DNA from: a virus | Virus record (IMG/VR): IMGVR_UViG_3300031707_002715 | Coordinates: 62,452-126,451 of that record | DNA: 64,000 nucleotides | Direction: 5' to 3' (one strand) | Shown: piece by piece, positions 47,741-57,990 of the stretch | Layout: the number at the start of each line of letters is the position of its first letter | Numbering within the stretch: the first letter of the stretch is position 1 | Position numbers and translations under genes: made by a program | Notes under the pieces: model-generated | The model's database searches: none | The model's input: only the letters and a program-made list of their open reading frames with translations | Told to the model about the DNA's origin: nothing

Positions 47741-50700
47741 TTAATTTTATACTTTCTAGATGCTTGAAAATGTTCGATCACAGGCGTACCCTCATCTTTC
47801 ATGATGTCAAAAATTTGGCAGTAAGTCGCAGGTAAGTGAAACACTTTCAAACCTTTTAATAAATTCACAGCTTCGTGTAAGAATGATTGGTCTAATCTAT
47901 ATTTCTTGCGATCTTTATTAACCAATTCGACCCATTTTGTCAAGAGCATAAAGACGTTGTTAGTATAATTAAAGTACATCGTGCCACCGAGCAATTCGCA
48001 ATTGCCATTTCTTCGTTGTCGTAAATGATATGCAAAATCATACTCGATTAATGATAAGAATAACACTGGATCTTGTTGAACTATTGCGTCGCAGTCGATC
48101 CATATTACGGGTCTTTTATACTTATCTAACATATCTTTTACGAATATCGATCTATAAAAACAATTTGCAAACCAGTCGCCTTGAGACTGTATACTAACTA
48201 TTTCATAATCGAGATTAAATCGTTTTAATGACATTTCTAGTTTAGGATATTCACTTTCATATCCCGTATTTTTAGTATAATAAGATATGAATACGGGTCT
48301 AATTATCTTTTTAATTTCGACAGTTGGTGTAGACATTTGTTTAGCAGGTGGTTTAGTGGGTACTGGTTCAGTGATTAAAGGTGGTTGTTCGATGCATGCA
48401 ATTGGTTCAATAGGTTTTTCTATTTCTAAAAAATTGATTTGTTCAGTTTGCGCTTCTAAATTTTTGAATACTAGTTCTTTATAATTTGGTAATGACTGCA
48501 TAAAATTATCGCTTAAAATCTGTATGTCTTTTAATCTATTTTGTACGAGCAATTCGAACGTAGTGTCCCATAATTTTTGATTTACAGTCCAACTAAAAAA
48601 TTTTTCAATATGTTGTCTATTTCTATTACCGACAATTTTTCGTAACTCTGGATTATTTTTTAATAATAATAACTTTTCATTCATTTCTTTAATCACTTGT
48701 TCATCAGGCAACGCAGACACTATCCAGTCTTTCTCTAACAGTATGCTTATACATCCGACTCTTGTCGATATCACTGGCAAGCCGCAAGACATGGCTTCTA
48801 AAACTACTCGCGGCATACATTCGCTAATACTAGTCAACACTAATACATCAATAGACTGGTAAAACGCTTTCATTTTATCTAATGTTTGACCGTCTACAAA
48901 ATATTCTCTACCCCAGTCGCTCTTCTTGATGACCTTAAAGATTAATTTGTCTAGTAAATACGGTCGTTTGACTTGGCGTGCACAACCCGCCCATCCTACA
49001 ATAAAGTCATTGTTTGTTTTATTGAATTTAGTGAAGAAGTTCGTGTCTACAGATTCTGGTAAAAATACGACAGTTTTGTTAGGATAAATATTCTTTAAGT
49101 AATCTAAATGTCTAATGGAGATCGAGACAATTATGTCAGGATCAGTTTCATATTTTAGTTTTGATTCTCCACCATAACCACCGATAATTTTAATTCCTTT
49201 CTGCTTTAATTTTACAATTAATTCATTGATTTTTGAAAAATGTATATTTGGCGCATGTATATAAACTACATCAGCATTAATGTCAATCACATCAACTAAT
49301 CTCTTATAAGTTATAATATTAGAGGTATATAACTGTTGTTCTTTTGCTACGAAATAATAAGCCCAACCGTACTGGTCTATTATCTTGCAAATTGTTAGTT
49401 TTCGTTTAGTGATGATGCTCTTTTTCGGTTTGTACTCATCCCAATTTCTAAAACATAATTTGCACGTATCGCTCATGCTTTTAATGTCGCAAAAACTGTC
49501 TCTAAGTTTTCTAGCATTGTCGTTTTGCCACACGTTTTCAAAAGTTTTAAGAGAACCAATCTCTTTATTCGGCGCGTAGACTGACCCGCAAAAAGTGACA
49601 CTGTCATCACCGTTTATGCCAATCGTCGTCCACGGGATCTGACAATTACAACGAACTTCATTATATCTCATTAAAGTTGGATATAATTTAATAAGATTTG
49701 ATTCTGGTAAATCTAACAGTGCGTCGACGCTGTTTTTGTCATCGTATGTCAATACTTCGCGCCAAAATGATTTATCATCATAACTGCTAGCTAAATGCGG
49801 TAGTAAATTCAATAGGTGCACAGTTTTTACACCTAAAGAATTAACTAAAGTTAAGAATTTTGGTACGTATTTCAAGTTACTCTTCGTGCAGACATAAGAG
49901 CAATAAGTTTGTAAGCCGTTATCTACACAATGTTTAATGCCCTGTACGACTTTAGAGAAAGTGAATGTTTTATTTATCTCATTATGTAACTGTTCGTTTG
50001 GTGCGTTCAAGCTTATCGAGATATAATCGGGACGATTTGCTAACAATTTGTCAAGGCAGTCTATTATCAATGACCCGTTCGTTATCAGGCTTACCATTTT
50101 ATTTTTAGATTTGATGAACGAAATTATGTCAAACAGATTATCACATAAAAAAGGTTCGCCGTAACCAGCACAACAAAAACTATTAATAGAAGGAAATTTT
50201 ATTAATAAATCGTGCACATTTCTTATTGTCATATCTGTCGCTAGTTCAATTGAATTTGTATTACGGTAACAAAATTTACAATTAAAATTGCACTTTGATG
50301 TCAAATACAGATTTGCACTTACCGGCGGATTCAAAAAGCTCTTCATTCTCTCAAATGACATATGCCTATTCCTAAAGTCTTTTTCACCGGTCTGAATATT
50401 ATCAGTGCTTAGACTAGTATAAGCTCCAAGAAGTGCATATAAATTATTTTCTGTGGGTTCTTTTTTTAATATCGACCACAATTTCTTGGGCAAGTCACTC
50501 ATCCATATATATTTGAATTGTTTAAACTTGTCTAACAAATTTTGATATCTTTCAAAAATGCTTTCGTTTGACCATTTGGGTGCATGCTTTCCAATTACAT
50601 CATTCGATAGTTTGACCTCGAATCCATCTTTTTTCAGTCTATCGAGTTGTTCTACTTCGCACGACATTGATGACAAATCATACGGATATTTTTTAAGCAC

Positions 50701-51048
50701 AGCATGTTTATAAATCTTGACACCATAAATTTCAAAATCTAGATGCATATCTATAAGTTTGTATGCGATCATTGCGACCATCGAGTTTGAATTTTTAATC
50801 GAAGTATACAGCGTCTCAATACCGTTGTAGTTAATTATCATATCTTCGTCAATTTCGACATAATAGTCTGTTTTGCAATCATCAATCATAATCTGAAAAG
50901 CTTTTGACATCGGATAAATGTTCTTAATAATTTCTATTTTAAACGACACCGTTTGATTATCAAGTGAAGACAGACAATCATTATAACAGGGATTATTTCC
51001 GCTGCTTATTACGAAGACTGTTAAGTCTGACAAGAAAGGTGCATTCAT
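47737..51048 (-). CDS. Four-domain fusion: GT-A + radical SAM/SPASM + GT4 + GT-A
   Basis: EIDEDM; CNFNCKFC, GYGEPF, SLITNG, C-terminal Cys cluster; SISECMP.VVLEAMSCGLPVIST.VG; WIDCDA...IEHFQASR. Confidence 0.85.
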   Translation of the reverse strand: MNAPFLSDLTVFVISSGNNPCYNDCLSSLDNQTVSFKIEIIKNIYPMSKAFQIMIDDCKTDYYVEIDEDMIINYNGIETLYTSIKNSNSMVAMIAYKLIDMHLDFEIYGVKIYKHAVLKKYPYDLSSMSCEVEQLDRLKKDGFEVKLSNDVIGKHAPKWSNESIFERYQNLLDKFKQFKYIWMSDLPKKLWSILKKEPTENNLYALLGAYTSLSTDNIQTGEKDFRNRHMSFERMKSFLNPPVSANLYLTSKCNFNCKFCYRNTNSIELATDMTIRNVHDLLIKFPSINSFCCAGYGEPFLCDNLFDIISFIKSKNKMVSLITNGSLIIDCLDKLLANRPDYISISLNAPNEQLHNEINKTFTFSKVVQGIKHCVDNGLQTYCSYVCTKSNLKYVPKFLTLVNSLGVKTVHLLNLLPHLASSYDDKSFWREVLTYDDKNSVDALLDLPESNLIKLYPTLMRYNEVRCNCQIPWTTIGINGDDSVTFCGSVYAPNKEIGSLKTFENVWQNDNARKLRDSFCDIKSMSDTCKLCFRNWDEYKPKKSIITKRKLTICKIIDQYGWAYYFVAKEQQLYTSNIITYKRLVDVIDINADVVYIHAPNIHFSKINELIVKLKQKGIKIIGGYGGESKLKYETDPDIIVSISIRHLDYLKNIYPNKTVVFLPESVDTNFFTKFNKTNNDFIVGWAGCARQVKRPYLLDKLIFKVIKKSDWGREYFVDGQTLDKMKAFYQSIDVLVLTSISECMPRVVLEAMSCGLPVISTRVGCISILLEKDWIVSALPDEQVIKEMNEKLLLLKNNPELRKIVGNRNRQHIEKFFSWTVNQKLWDTTFELLVQNRLKDIQILSDNFMQSLPNYKELVFKNLEAQTEQINFLEIEKPIEPIACIEQPPLITEPVPTKPPAKQMSTPTVEIKKIIRPVFISYYTKNTGYESEYPKLEMSLKRFNLDYEIVSIQSQGDWFANCFYRSIFVKDMLDKYKRPVIWIDCDAIVQQDPVLFLSLIEYDFAYHLRQRRNGNCELLGGTMYFNYTNNVFMLLTKWVELVNKDRKKYRLDQSFLHEAVNLLKGLKVFHLPATYCQIFDIMKDEGTPVIEHFQASRKYKIK

Positions 51049-51575
51049 TTTTCAGCTTCTACGTTTAGACTTATAAGCGTTCCGTTTATTTTATCTGCCG
51101 GAATATACGCTTGACTGTAGTCGTCTACGTTGGCATGCTCTGTCGATCGCCAATCGTAACGTCGTACATTTTTTGCGCCCGCTAATTCAAGCGTATTTTT
51201 TAACGTGTTAAAATCGAATCCAGTGTAATGAAAATTATAGAGATAATTACAGCGACCAAAAATAGGCCCGAGTATAAGAGAAAGATCGCCTGTTTTTTGG
51301 TATACGCGTAATAGGCTTTCCATGTCGGGAACAGCTATCCTTAATATCCCTCCGATTTTTAATACTCTTAACCACTCATGAATAACATCAATTATATTTT
51401 TTTTATGGAAATGCTCTAAAACGTGACAACTATAAACTAAATCGCAAGAATCACTCTCAATCATCGGTAGTCGATCGACGCTATTGACTATATCAATGTG
51501 TGGAAACTCTACTACGTCTATATGCACAAAACCAGGTATGAATCGCTTTCCACAACCTAGATGTAATTTCATCAT
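51045..51575 (-). CDS. Class I SAM methyltransferase (Methyltransf_11-like)
   Basis: KLHLGCG, HVLEH, RVLKIGG.LRIAVPD. Confidence 0.85.
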   Translation of the reverse strand: MMKLHLGCGKRFIPGFVHIDVVEFPHIDIVNSVDRLPMIESDSCDLVYSCHVLEHFHKKNIIDVIHEWLRVLKIGGILRIAVPDMESLLRVYQKTGDLSLILGPIFGRCNYLYNFHYTGFDFNTLKNTLELAGAKNVRRYDWRSTEHANVDDYSQAYIPADKINGTLISLNVEAEK

Positions 51576-52537
51576 TCTGACCTGGATGCTAAAGTGCGTG
51601 ACAATGCTATTACATCATCGTAATAAGGCGCGTCGCAATCGAATCCTAAATCTTTACATAAAAATCTCATACATGATTCGAAAGTCCTCATTCCAACTAA
51701 CACTCTTTGGTGTTTGGCAATAGCCCGTTGATATTCTTGTATTTTAGCTTGAGACATGTTTTTAAGATAATTCATTAAGTCGCTTTCTGACCAAAAATCT
51801 CTGTAATCTATATAACAATTTTTAGGAATAAACGTTGATGTATCTTTTGGACCTAAATAAACTAAGATACATCCTGCAGCTATTGCATCAAATGGTTTCT
51901 CTGTCAAATGGCCCAAGTCTAATTGACTTTCGATTGCGAATGCGAATGTATAATCTGATAATAATTTAATTTTAGCAGAATATCTCGGTAAATTTCTTTC
52001 GTATGTATCTGATGTATCATTTTTTATTTCTAAAGGTACAGGCTTACCGGCTCCACCATAAACTTCCATGCCCAAAGCTTTAAGTTTATTTATTATCACA
52101 CCTCGCGGTTCGCCATCCCGAAAATGATTAGTTATAACAGTACTAAAAAAATTTGTACGATTTCCTGTAGGATAACACTCTTGTTCTGTGATCCATAAGG
52201 GAATCGGCATATATTTAACAGTATCATTATCTATATCGGTCGAGTTATAAGTATAAATTCTGCCAAATTGTTGTTGGTATCTCAATCGAAAACCATGAGG
52301 TTGGCGATAACGACCCTCATAATGTATCAATACTCTTTTGGAATAATCGAACCTATTAATGATCGATGAGACTAATTGACGACGATCAGTACTATATGGT
52401 TGAAAAACTACTAACCAATCGTCTTTAGTGGGCGATATACTCATTGTTGCATTTTGCACTGGAACATTTATATATTTGTTCCAGCACCAATATGTCACTG
52501 TGTAAATCATAATTATTGTTTTTCTAAGTCTTGCCAC
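51572..52537 (-). CDS. GT10-like fucosyltransferase
   Basis: YTFAFAIES..GHLTEKPFDAIAAGCILVYLG motif. Confidence 0.8.
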   Translation of the reverse strand: MARLRKTIIMIYTVTYWCWNKYINVPVQNATMSISPTKDDWLVVFQPYSTDRRQLVSSIINRFDYSKRVLIHYEGRYRQPHGFRLRYQQQFGRIYTYNSTDIDNDTVKYMPIPLWITEQECYPTGNRTNFFSTVITNHFRDGEPRGVIINKLKALGMEVYGGAGKPVPLEIKNDTSDTYERNLPRYSAKIKLLSDYTFAFAIESQLDLGHLTEKPFDAIAAGCILVYLGPKDTSTFIPKNCYIDYRDFWSESDLMNYLKNMSQAKIQEYQRAIAKHQRVLVGMRTFESCMRFLCKDLGFDCDAPYYDDVIALSRTLASRSE

Positions 52538-53115
52538 TCTTCTATGGTCATTAAATTTAATATTTGCTTTCTATATTTACAAAGTAAAGAAAAATCGATA
52601 GGTTCATCACATTTGAATAAGTCTTGCTTTTTATTAGGCTTAATAATGCCGATGCCTTCGTCTATATCGACCGTACAAATAAATAAGTCTGGATCATTTT
52701 GCCTGAAATGTAGGATTGCTTTCCACACTGATCCGTTCCAATGTTGAGTACTGATATTTTCTGTTTGATGGATTTCTAATTGTGGATTACAATCATGTAA
52801 TAAGATTATTCCTTCAGCATCTAGACATTTTAACGAATTGATGACGTCTTTAATGACTTGAACAGCTTTATGATCACCGTCTATAAAAACGACGTCGTAT
52901 TTTTGAGTGTTATTAATAAAAAATGCATCTGATTTCATTGGATAATTACAAGGGTTAACGGGATCGACTGCGTCTTTATACGCAGCTTTTATTTTTGAAA
53001 AATTAGCTGACGGATGGCCGATACCTATTTCGAGATAATGGCAGTCTTGCTTTCTTTCTGTATAAAAATTTATGATGTCTGTCCTGTTCATGATTTTTTC
53101 CAATACACTCCCCAA
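52513..53115 (-). CDS. Class I SAM methyltransferase (Methyltransf_24-like)
   Basis: YLEIG, SDAFF, DVVFIDGDH, LLHDCNP, WNGSVWK. Confidence 0.85.
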   Translation of the reverse strand: MGSVLEKIMNRTDIINFYTERKQDCHYLEIGIGHPSANFSKIKAAYKDAVDPVNPCNYPMKSDAFFINNTQKYDVVFIDGDHKAVQVIKDVINSLKCLDAEGIILLHDCNPQLEIHQTENISTQHWNGSVWKAILHFRQNDPDLFICTVDIDEGIGIIKPNKKQDLFKCDEPIDFSLLCKYRKQILNLMTIEEWQDLEKQ

Positions 53116-53786
53116 GAATCTATTACGTTTATAAGATCTTGTATGTTATTTTGTCTCCTGAAATTTTCAACAGCAGTTCTACAATTGACCCAACTATAAT
53201 CGTCGATGATGATGTACCCGTTTTTCACTACTTTAGAATATAACATCGTTAATGAATCCCATGTCGATTCGTATAAGTCTCCATCTAATCTTAAGACTGC
53301 AATTTTTCTTATTAAATCATTTGCGAGAGTGTCTTTAAACCACCCTTCAAGAAATATAACATTCTCGTCTAATAATTCATATTTTTTAAAATTATTCTTA
53401 ACTTGCTCGACGCTGACTTTTAAAAGATCGACTGAATGTAATTTGCTGTTACTATCAATAGGATACTTGTCACTCGGTACAGGCACGCCTTGAAAAGAAT
53501 CTGCTACAAAAATTTTTTTATTAGTGATTCCGTAAGCTTTTAAGATGCCCTGCATAAAAATCACTGTTCCACCTCGCCATACGCCAGTCTCTATTAAATC
53601 ACCGTCTACATTATTTTTGATGACGTCTTCGACGCAATATTGTACATTATTAAGACGTTTATGACCTATCATTGTAAATGCCCTCTTAGGCCAGCATGTG
53701 CCATTTAATATACTGTCTGTTTCTTCTTCATAAATAATGTCCAATAAAGATTTTTTTAGTAATTCTAAATATAATTCTTTACACAT
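53088..53786 (-). CDS. TylF/MycF-family sugar O-methyltransferase
   Basis: IETGVWRGG, ADSFQG, GWFKDTL, LRLDGDLYEST, IIDDY. Confidence 0.92.
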   Translation of the reverse strand: MCKELYLELLKKSLLDIIYEEETDSILNGTCWPKRAFTMIGHKRLNNVQYCVEDVIKNNVDGDLIETGVWRGGTVIFMQGILKAYGITNKKIFVADSFQGVPVPSDKYPIDSNSKLHSVDLLKVSVEQVKNNFKKYELLDENVIFLEGWFKDTLANDLIRKIAVLRLDGDLYESTWDSLTMLYSKVVKNGYIIIDDYSWVNCRTAVENFRRQNNIQDLINVIDSWGVYWKKS

Positions 53787-53787
53787 T

Positions 53788-54600
53788 TTAATTCTCGAAT
53801 TTATTTAAGATATTAATGTTAGCATAGATTTGACACGTGTTATTAATAGAGCCTCGAAAAATGCAAGTCCATAGGCTAGCATTATTGGTGTCAAAAATTA
53901 CATATTTACATTTACTTAGAATAGAAATGACGGCTAGATAATTAACACCCAATTCGTAGTTACTAATCGCATTTTGTTGTAAGTGCATTGCTCGATCTAA
54001 TTTTGCCAACGGCATCTCTTCAATATAAAAAGATTGGTCCTTTAATTGGCGCTTGAAATAATCTAAGACTTGTTGTTCGTCTGTCTGTATTAAAATTTTA
54101 TAGTTAGACAATCCATTGATCAAATTGATGTTTTTTAAATAATATTGTGGATGAACTTTAGGCACTTCTAGTAATTTATCTGTGCCTCGATAAAGAATAC
54201 TAATTGTATGTTCGAAATCAATGTTATATTTTTGAATGAATAATTGCAGTCTATTGTTTACTTCATCAGCTAAATTAAAATAAGTATCTCTTATTGGTGC
54301 TAGATCAGAAAAATTGAATTTACTACATTCGCCGATCATTGCATTGAAGTAAATGTTTTGCTTATTGAGCTTTACGTCATTATTTATGGTTTTAAAATAT
54401 AAATCATACACATTTCGTTCTAATCTATCTGATTTATTCCAGGTTGACGCATGGGGCCAAAAAATTTTTATAGGCTTGACAGTACTTTCGTGTATTGATA
54501 ACAAGCTTTTAAATGTGACGCTTGCATTTGACAATAAGCCGCAATCATGTTTGTCAAGGCTTAACGTGTTATTTTCTTGATTATAAGTTACGCCGTACAT
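53788..54600 (-). CDS. NodZ/GT23-like fucosyltransferase
   Basis: CGLLSN, YRGTDK, LIQTDE, LSKCKY. Confidence 0.65.
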   Translation of the reverse strand: MYGVTYNQENNTLSLDKHDCGLLSNASVTFKSLLSIHESTVKPIKIFWPHASTWNKSDRLERNVYDLYFKTINNDVKLNKQNIYFNAMIGECSKFNFSDLAPIRDTYFNLADEVNNRLQLFIQKYNIDFEHTISILYRGTDKLLEVPKVHPQYYLKNINLINGLSNYKILIQTDEQQVLDYFKRQLKDQSFYIEEMPLAKLDRAMHLQQNAISNYELGVNYLAVISILSKCKYVIFDTNNASLWTCIFRGSINNTCQIYANINILNKFEN

Positions 54601-55658
54601 TACATGTTCTTTTCTAATATTTTAACGTCTCTTGAATTTGTTTTAATTATTTCTTTAGTTTTGAAATTTGTCGTTTGTAAGATGTATTCATCTATATTAC
54701 TTCTTTTAGATTCATATAACCATGTAAATTGTTCTTCATTTGGCTGCGGAAGTGTATAAATCAAAAATTTAGTTTTCTGTGCCACAGTGCGTAAAAATTC
54801 ATCAAACACTTCTATCGGATATAATCTAGAAATATGATGGAACATTGCGAGACATAAAGTACAATCGACGTATTCACTGTGTTTTATATAATCTATCGCA
54901 TTATTATTATAACAATCAAATCCTATTTTCTTTAATAATAAATTGGCGATTTTAAACCTGGTTATATTGTCTTCTATACCGATTCCTTTTTTAATTAAAT
55001 CTTTTAATTTATATAGTGTAAATCCATGGCATGTACCAACGTCTAATACACTGTCAACTTTATTTTTCTTGAAAAAGTCACATATAATTTGTTCTTTTCG
55101 TCCATCAGTAGAAAATGTCCAATCACTAAAATCTGGATGTAATATCGGTTGGTATAAAAATTTATTCGGGTACAAATCTTCTAGTTCTTTGTATAATGTG
55201 TTCCATTCCAGTAATCTCTCACATATCGTGACTTCTATTGGCAAGTTTTTAGAAGCTAGTAAGCTTATTCTATGCATTCCATCCCAAACATTTATCATAC
55301 CGTCGTTATGTACTTTTACTGGTCGATATCCATAATAATGATCTGAATTTTCTACTTTTTTATAAATTTCACGCGATTCATCCCATTTGGGCGTCACTAG
55401 ATACATTTTTTTATATTCTATACATCTATTAATAATGTCATTTTTGTTTTTTAAAATGCCATTCCACACAGTACCGTCTCGATCAAACATTGTCATCAAC
55501 CACTTAAAATAGAATGTAGATTCTAATGACGTGTCTATATTTTCGTCCCATTGCTTAGCAGTCAAAAAATGAGGGCTCAACTTAATAAAATCTAATAAAT
55601 TTGTGCTCCATGGATCGTTACTGAGTGTTATTATTTTTCCGGTTTTAATTATTCTCAT
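54600..55658 (-). CDS. ParB-like N-terminal domain + class I methyltransferase
   Basis: DGMHR; LYQPI.HP; VLDVGTCHG; LAMFHH. Confidence 0.7.
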   Translation of the reverse strand: MRIIKTGKIITLSNDPWSTNLLDFIKLSPHFLTAKQWDENIDTSLESTFYFKWLMTMFDRDGTVWNGILKNKNDIINRCIEYKKMYLVTPKWDESREIYKKVENSDHYYGYRPVKVHNDGMINVWDGMHRISLLASKNLPIEVTICERLLEWNTLYKELEDLYPNKFLYQPILHPDFSDWTFSTDGRKEQIICDFFKKNKVDSVLDVGTCHGFTLYKLKDLIKKGIGIEDNITRFKIANLLLKKIGFDCYNNNAIDYIKHSEYVDCTLCLAMFHHISRLYPIEVFDEFLRTVAQKTKFLIYTLPQPNEEQFTWLYESKRSNIDEYILQTTNFKTKEIIKTNSRDVKILEKNM

Positions 55659-56572
55659 AAGTATTTTTGAAATTCATTGTCTATAATATTAACTGCATCG
55701 ATCATGTCAGTGCAATAATTAATTTTTTTATTCCAGTTATTTTGATCAATCGGCTTCTTAATCTCATCAATTAATTGTTCTATACTTTCTACAATTGGAA
55801 GCTGAAATAGATCAATATTATATTGTGGTATAAAAGGCACGATCACTTTTAAAGGTGTATAGTATACTTGCGGAATAATGACTTTTGAACCGAATGCTAG
55901 CATATCGACGACAGTACTGTTATAGCTTCCACAATGGGTCGAAATAAAAATTTCTTTGTTTTTAATGTTACTTAAATAATCGTTAAAATTGCTTTGCTTA
56001 ATTATTGTGATCCATGGATATTTTTCGTACCATTCTAATTGTTCATCACTACGAAAAAGCTTGTAAATTTTATACTTGTCTTTTAATTTTTCTAATACAT
56101 TTAAAATTTTAAATGTCCAATCAAATTCAGAATCTATATTAGGATTACCCTTAAAATGTGCTCGCCAAGCATGATCTAGTAAAATTGATTTATTTTCTTT
56201 TGCTACATTCGTGTACAAAGATTTTTCAATCGGTGCATTTATTAAAATGCTATTATCTTTTTTAACGTATGTAAAATTTAGATCGATCTGTGAAATTGCT
56301 ATTTCCAAAAATGATGCAGTCTTGATTGAAGTAGCAACTGAAATTTTATGATAGTCTATAGACAATTCACTTAACAATGCATGTATTAATGAAAATTGTG
56401 CAGTAGGAATATCTGTTAACTGTGATGTTAATATTTTTTTGACTGTTATATGCTTTAAATTGCAAAAATGCTTTGCAAGAAAATATGAGTACATCTGCGA
56501 ACTTGTATAAATAGTATTTAAAGAGAAATCTCCAGAAATAATTAAATTTAATGTGTACGGTTTCATTATCAT
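55655..56572 (-). CDS. Putative GT-B glycosyltransferase
   Basis: Cluster context; IFISTHCGSY..TVVDM...G..VI resembles a GT-B C-terminal motif. Confidence 0.45.
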   Translation of the reverse strand: MIMKPYTLNLIISGDFSLNTIYTSSQMYSYFLAKHFCNLKHITVKKILTSQLTDIPTAQFSLIHALLSELSIDYHKISVATSIKTASFLEIAISQIDLNFTYVKKDNSILINAPIEKSLYTNVAKENKSILLDHAWRAHFKGNPNIDSEFDWTFKILNVLEKLKDKYKIYKLFRSDEQLEWYEKYPWITIIKQSNFNDYLSNIKNKEIFISTHCGSYNSTVVDMLAFGSKVIIPQVYYTPLKVIVPFIPQYNIDLFQLPIVESIEQLIDEIKKPIDQNNWNKKINYCTDMIDAVNIIDNEFQKYL

Positions 56573-57249
56573 GCTTGTCTTCTAAATGGCTGTATAAACG
56601 GTGAAGGCGCGCTAATACTTGCTCCCATTGGAGCAGATCTTGTCATTCGAGGTTTCGGCACGACATTTACGATATAATTATAAGCATCGCTCCAAATTGT
56701 ACTGTCGTTAACTCTAATCGATATTGATCGTGTCAATACATTCGGACTACCCTCGATCTTTATCTTGACGCTGCTATCTGTTGAAGAATCAATACTATAA
56801 CCAGTGCCGGCTGATGCAATCATTATAAATTGTTGTGGGTACATCTTTGTAGTCTGCACAATTAGTGTATCGAGCGTGATTGTTATGTAAGAACTAACAT
56901 ACACTTTTGGAAAACTTTTTTGATTTGTAATTATCGGCACTTCGACTACAGACACGTTAAGACCGAACCAACCACTTACAGGATCAACGCCATCATCTAC
57001 TCTAGTCGCGACAGACAATGAACCGACATAATCTGTCGCAGATATCACATCAAATTCATCTGTTATGCCAGAACCTTGATCTACAGTATAATGTGAACCT
57101 GCTTGACCCTCAATTGACCAATCATAACCGCTACCATCTGGAAATTCAGGATTGTCTACAAATAAATCAGTCAAATGAACTGTCAAGATTTTGTTTTTAC
57201 CAACAATCATCGGATTAAATCTTTGACCTGTAATAATAGGGGGTGCCAT
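56569..57249 (-). CDS. Two-repeat cadherin/Ig-like protein, putative virion decoration
   Basis: PIITGQ...VATRVDDG and PIITNQ...ISIRVNDS repeats. Confidence 0.6.
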   Translation of the reverse strand: MAPPIITGQRFNPMIVGKNKILTVHLTDLFVDNPEFPDGSGYDWSIEGQAGSHYTVDQGSGITDEFDVISATDYVGSLSVATRVDDGVDPVSGWFGLNVSVVEVPIITNQKSFPKVYVSSYITITLDTLIVQTTKMYPQQFIMIASAGTGYSIDSSTDSSVKIKIEGSPNVLTRSISIRVNDSTIWSDAYNYIVNVVPKPRMTRSAPMGASISAPSPFIQPFRRQA

Positions 57250-57341
57250 AATTTACCTTTCGTTATAGTTTTTTTCTTATTACTATAATAAAGCTTAAAA
57301 ATAAAGCGATAATAAATGTAGTTTATTGATAATAATACTCT

Positions 57342-57370
57342 TTGATCCATGTTCAATAATTTTTGATAAT
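57342..57370 (+). promoter_or_regulatory. Candidate sigma70-type promoter for the ncRNA/tRNA region
   Basis: TTGATC-N17-GATAAT in an AT-rich divergent intergenic region, where chance matches are likely. Confidence 0.3.
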
Positions 57371-57428
57371 ATGGTAAATCTATGACTATAATTGTGATAA
57401 TATATTTATAACTTAAGAATATTTGATC

Positions 57429-57543
57429 TTTGAATATGGTGCTATGAATGAAGGTTCAGAATATTACATTAACTATGTAAATCAACTAAAACGACCATTT
57501 ATCGTTTTTTTCTTTCACTTCATTCGAATTTCATCTATTCAAA
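57429..57543 (+). ncRNA. Y-RNA-like structured RNA 1
   Basis: Terminal stem TTTGAATA/TATTCAAA, GGTGCT internal loop, GAATGAAG/CTTCATTC stem, two inner hairpins; paralog of 57563-57691. Confidence 0.65.
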
Positions 57544-57562
57544 TATCTTAAAAATGATACAT

Positions 57563-57691
57563 AATTGAATGTGGTGCTTAGGATGAAAGTACAGGATAGC
57601 TCAATGGTAGAGCATTAGTTGTTGAAACTAAATGTTAACGGCTCGAAACCGTTTCCTTTAAAAACTTCATTCGAATTTCATCCATTCAATT
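57563..57691 (+). ncRNA. Y-RNA-like structured RNA 2 with embedded tRNA-like domain
   Basis: Same flanking frame as RNA 1 enclosing a D arm (GCTC AATGGTA GAGC), an anticodon-like arm and a T-like arm (AACGG CTCGAAA CCGTT). Confidence 0.7.
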
Positions 57692-57706
57692 TTATTAGAA
57701 AGTAAT

Positions 57707-57802
57707 ATGAAAACTTCCATCAAACACACGAGTAATAATACGAGTAATTGCACGTGTAGTTTTTGCTTTAATAGCAAAAACGAACTGGTGGAGTTTGCAT
57801 AG
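57707..57802 (+). CDS. Attenuator leader peptide MKTSIKHTSNNTSNCTCSFCFNSKNELVEFA
   Basis: AGAAAG RBS-like site; 16 consecutive codons cognate to downstream tRNAs; TAG stop just before terminator. Confidence 0.8.
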   Translation: MKTSIKHTSNNTSNCTCSFCFNSKNELVEFA

Positions 57803-57863
57803 ATAGATAACTCAAAATCTTTTACAAAAAAGCTCCACTGGCGAAAGTCAATGGAGCTTTTTT
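57711..57863 (+). promoter_or_regulatory. Transcription attenuator (1:2, 2:3 antiterminator, 3:4 terminator)
   Basis: 57711-57722 pairs with 57786-57796; 57785-57796 pairs with 57830-57841; AAGCTCCA/TGGAGCTT terminator stem followed by T-tract. Confidence 0.8.
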
Positions 57864-57990
57864 ATTGGGATGAAGACAATCTAAAGTATTACGAGTCACA
57901 TGTAAAGATTTATATCATAACACAGAGACAGTATATGATAGTATCAAAGACATTTTAAGTAATTCACAAAACTGTGAAATAAAGATAGAT

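Noticed and set aside
57592-57657. Functional tRNA-Gln(TTG)
   Set aside because: Only a 4-bp acceptor stem, G at position 33, CTCGAAA T loop, and embedded in a larger conserved stem shared with the upstream RNA
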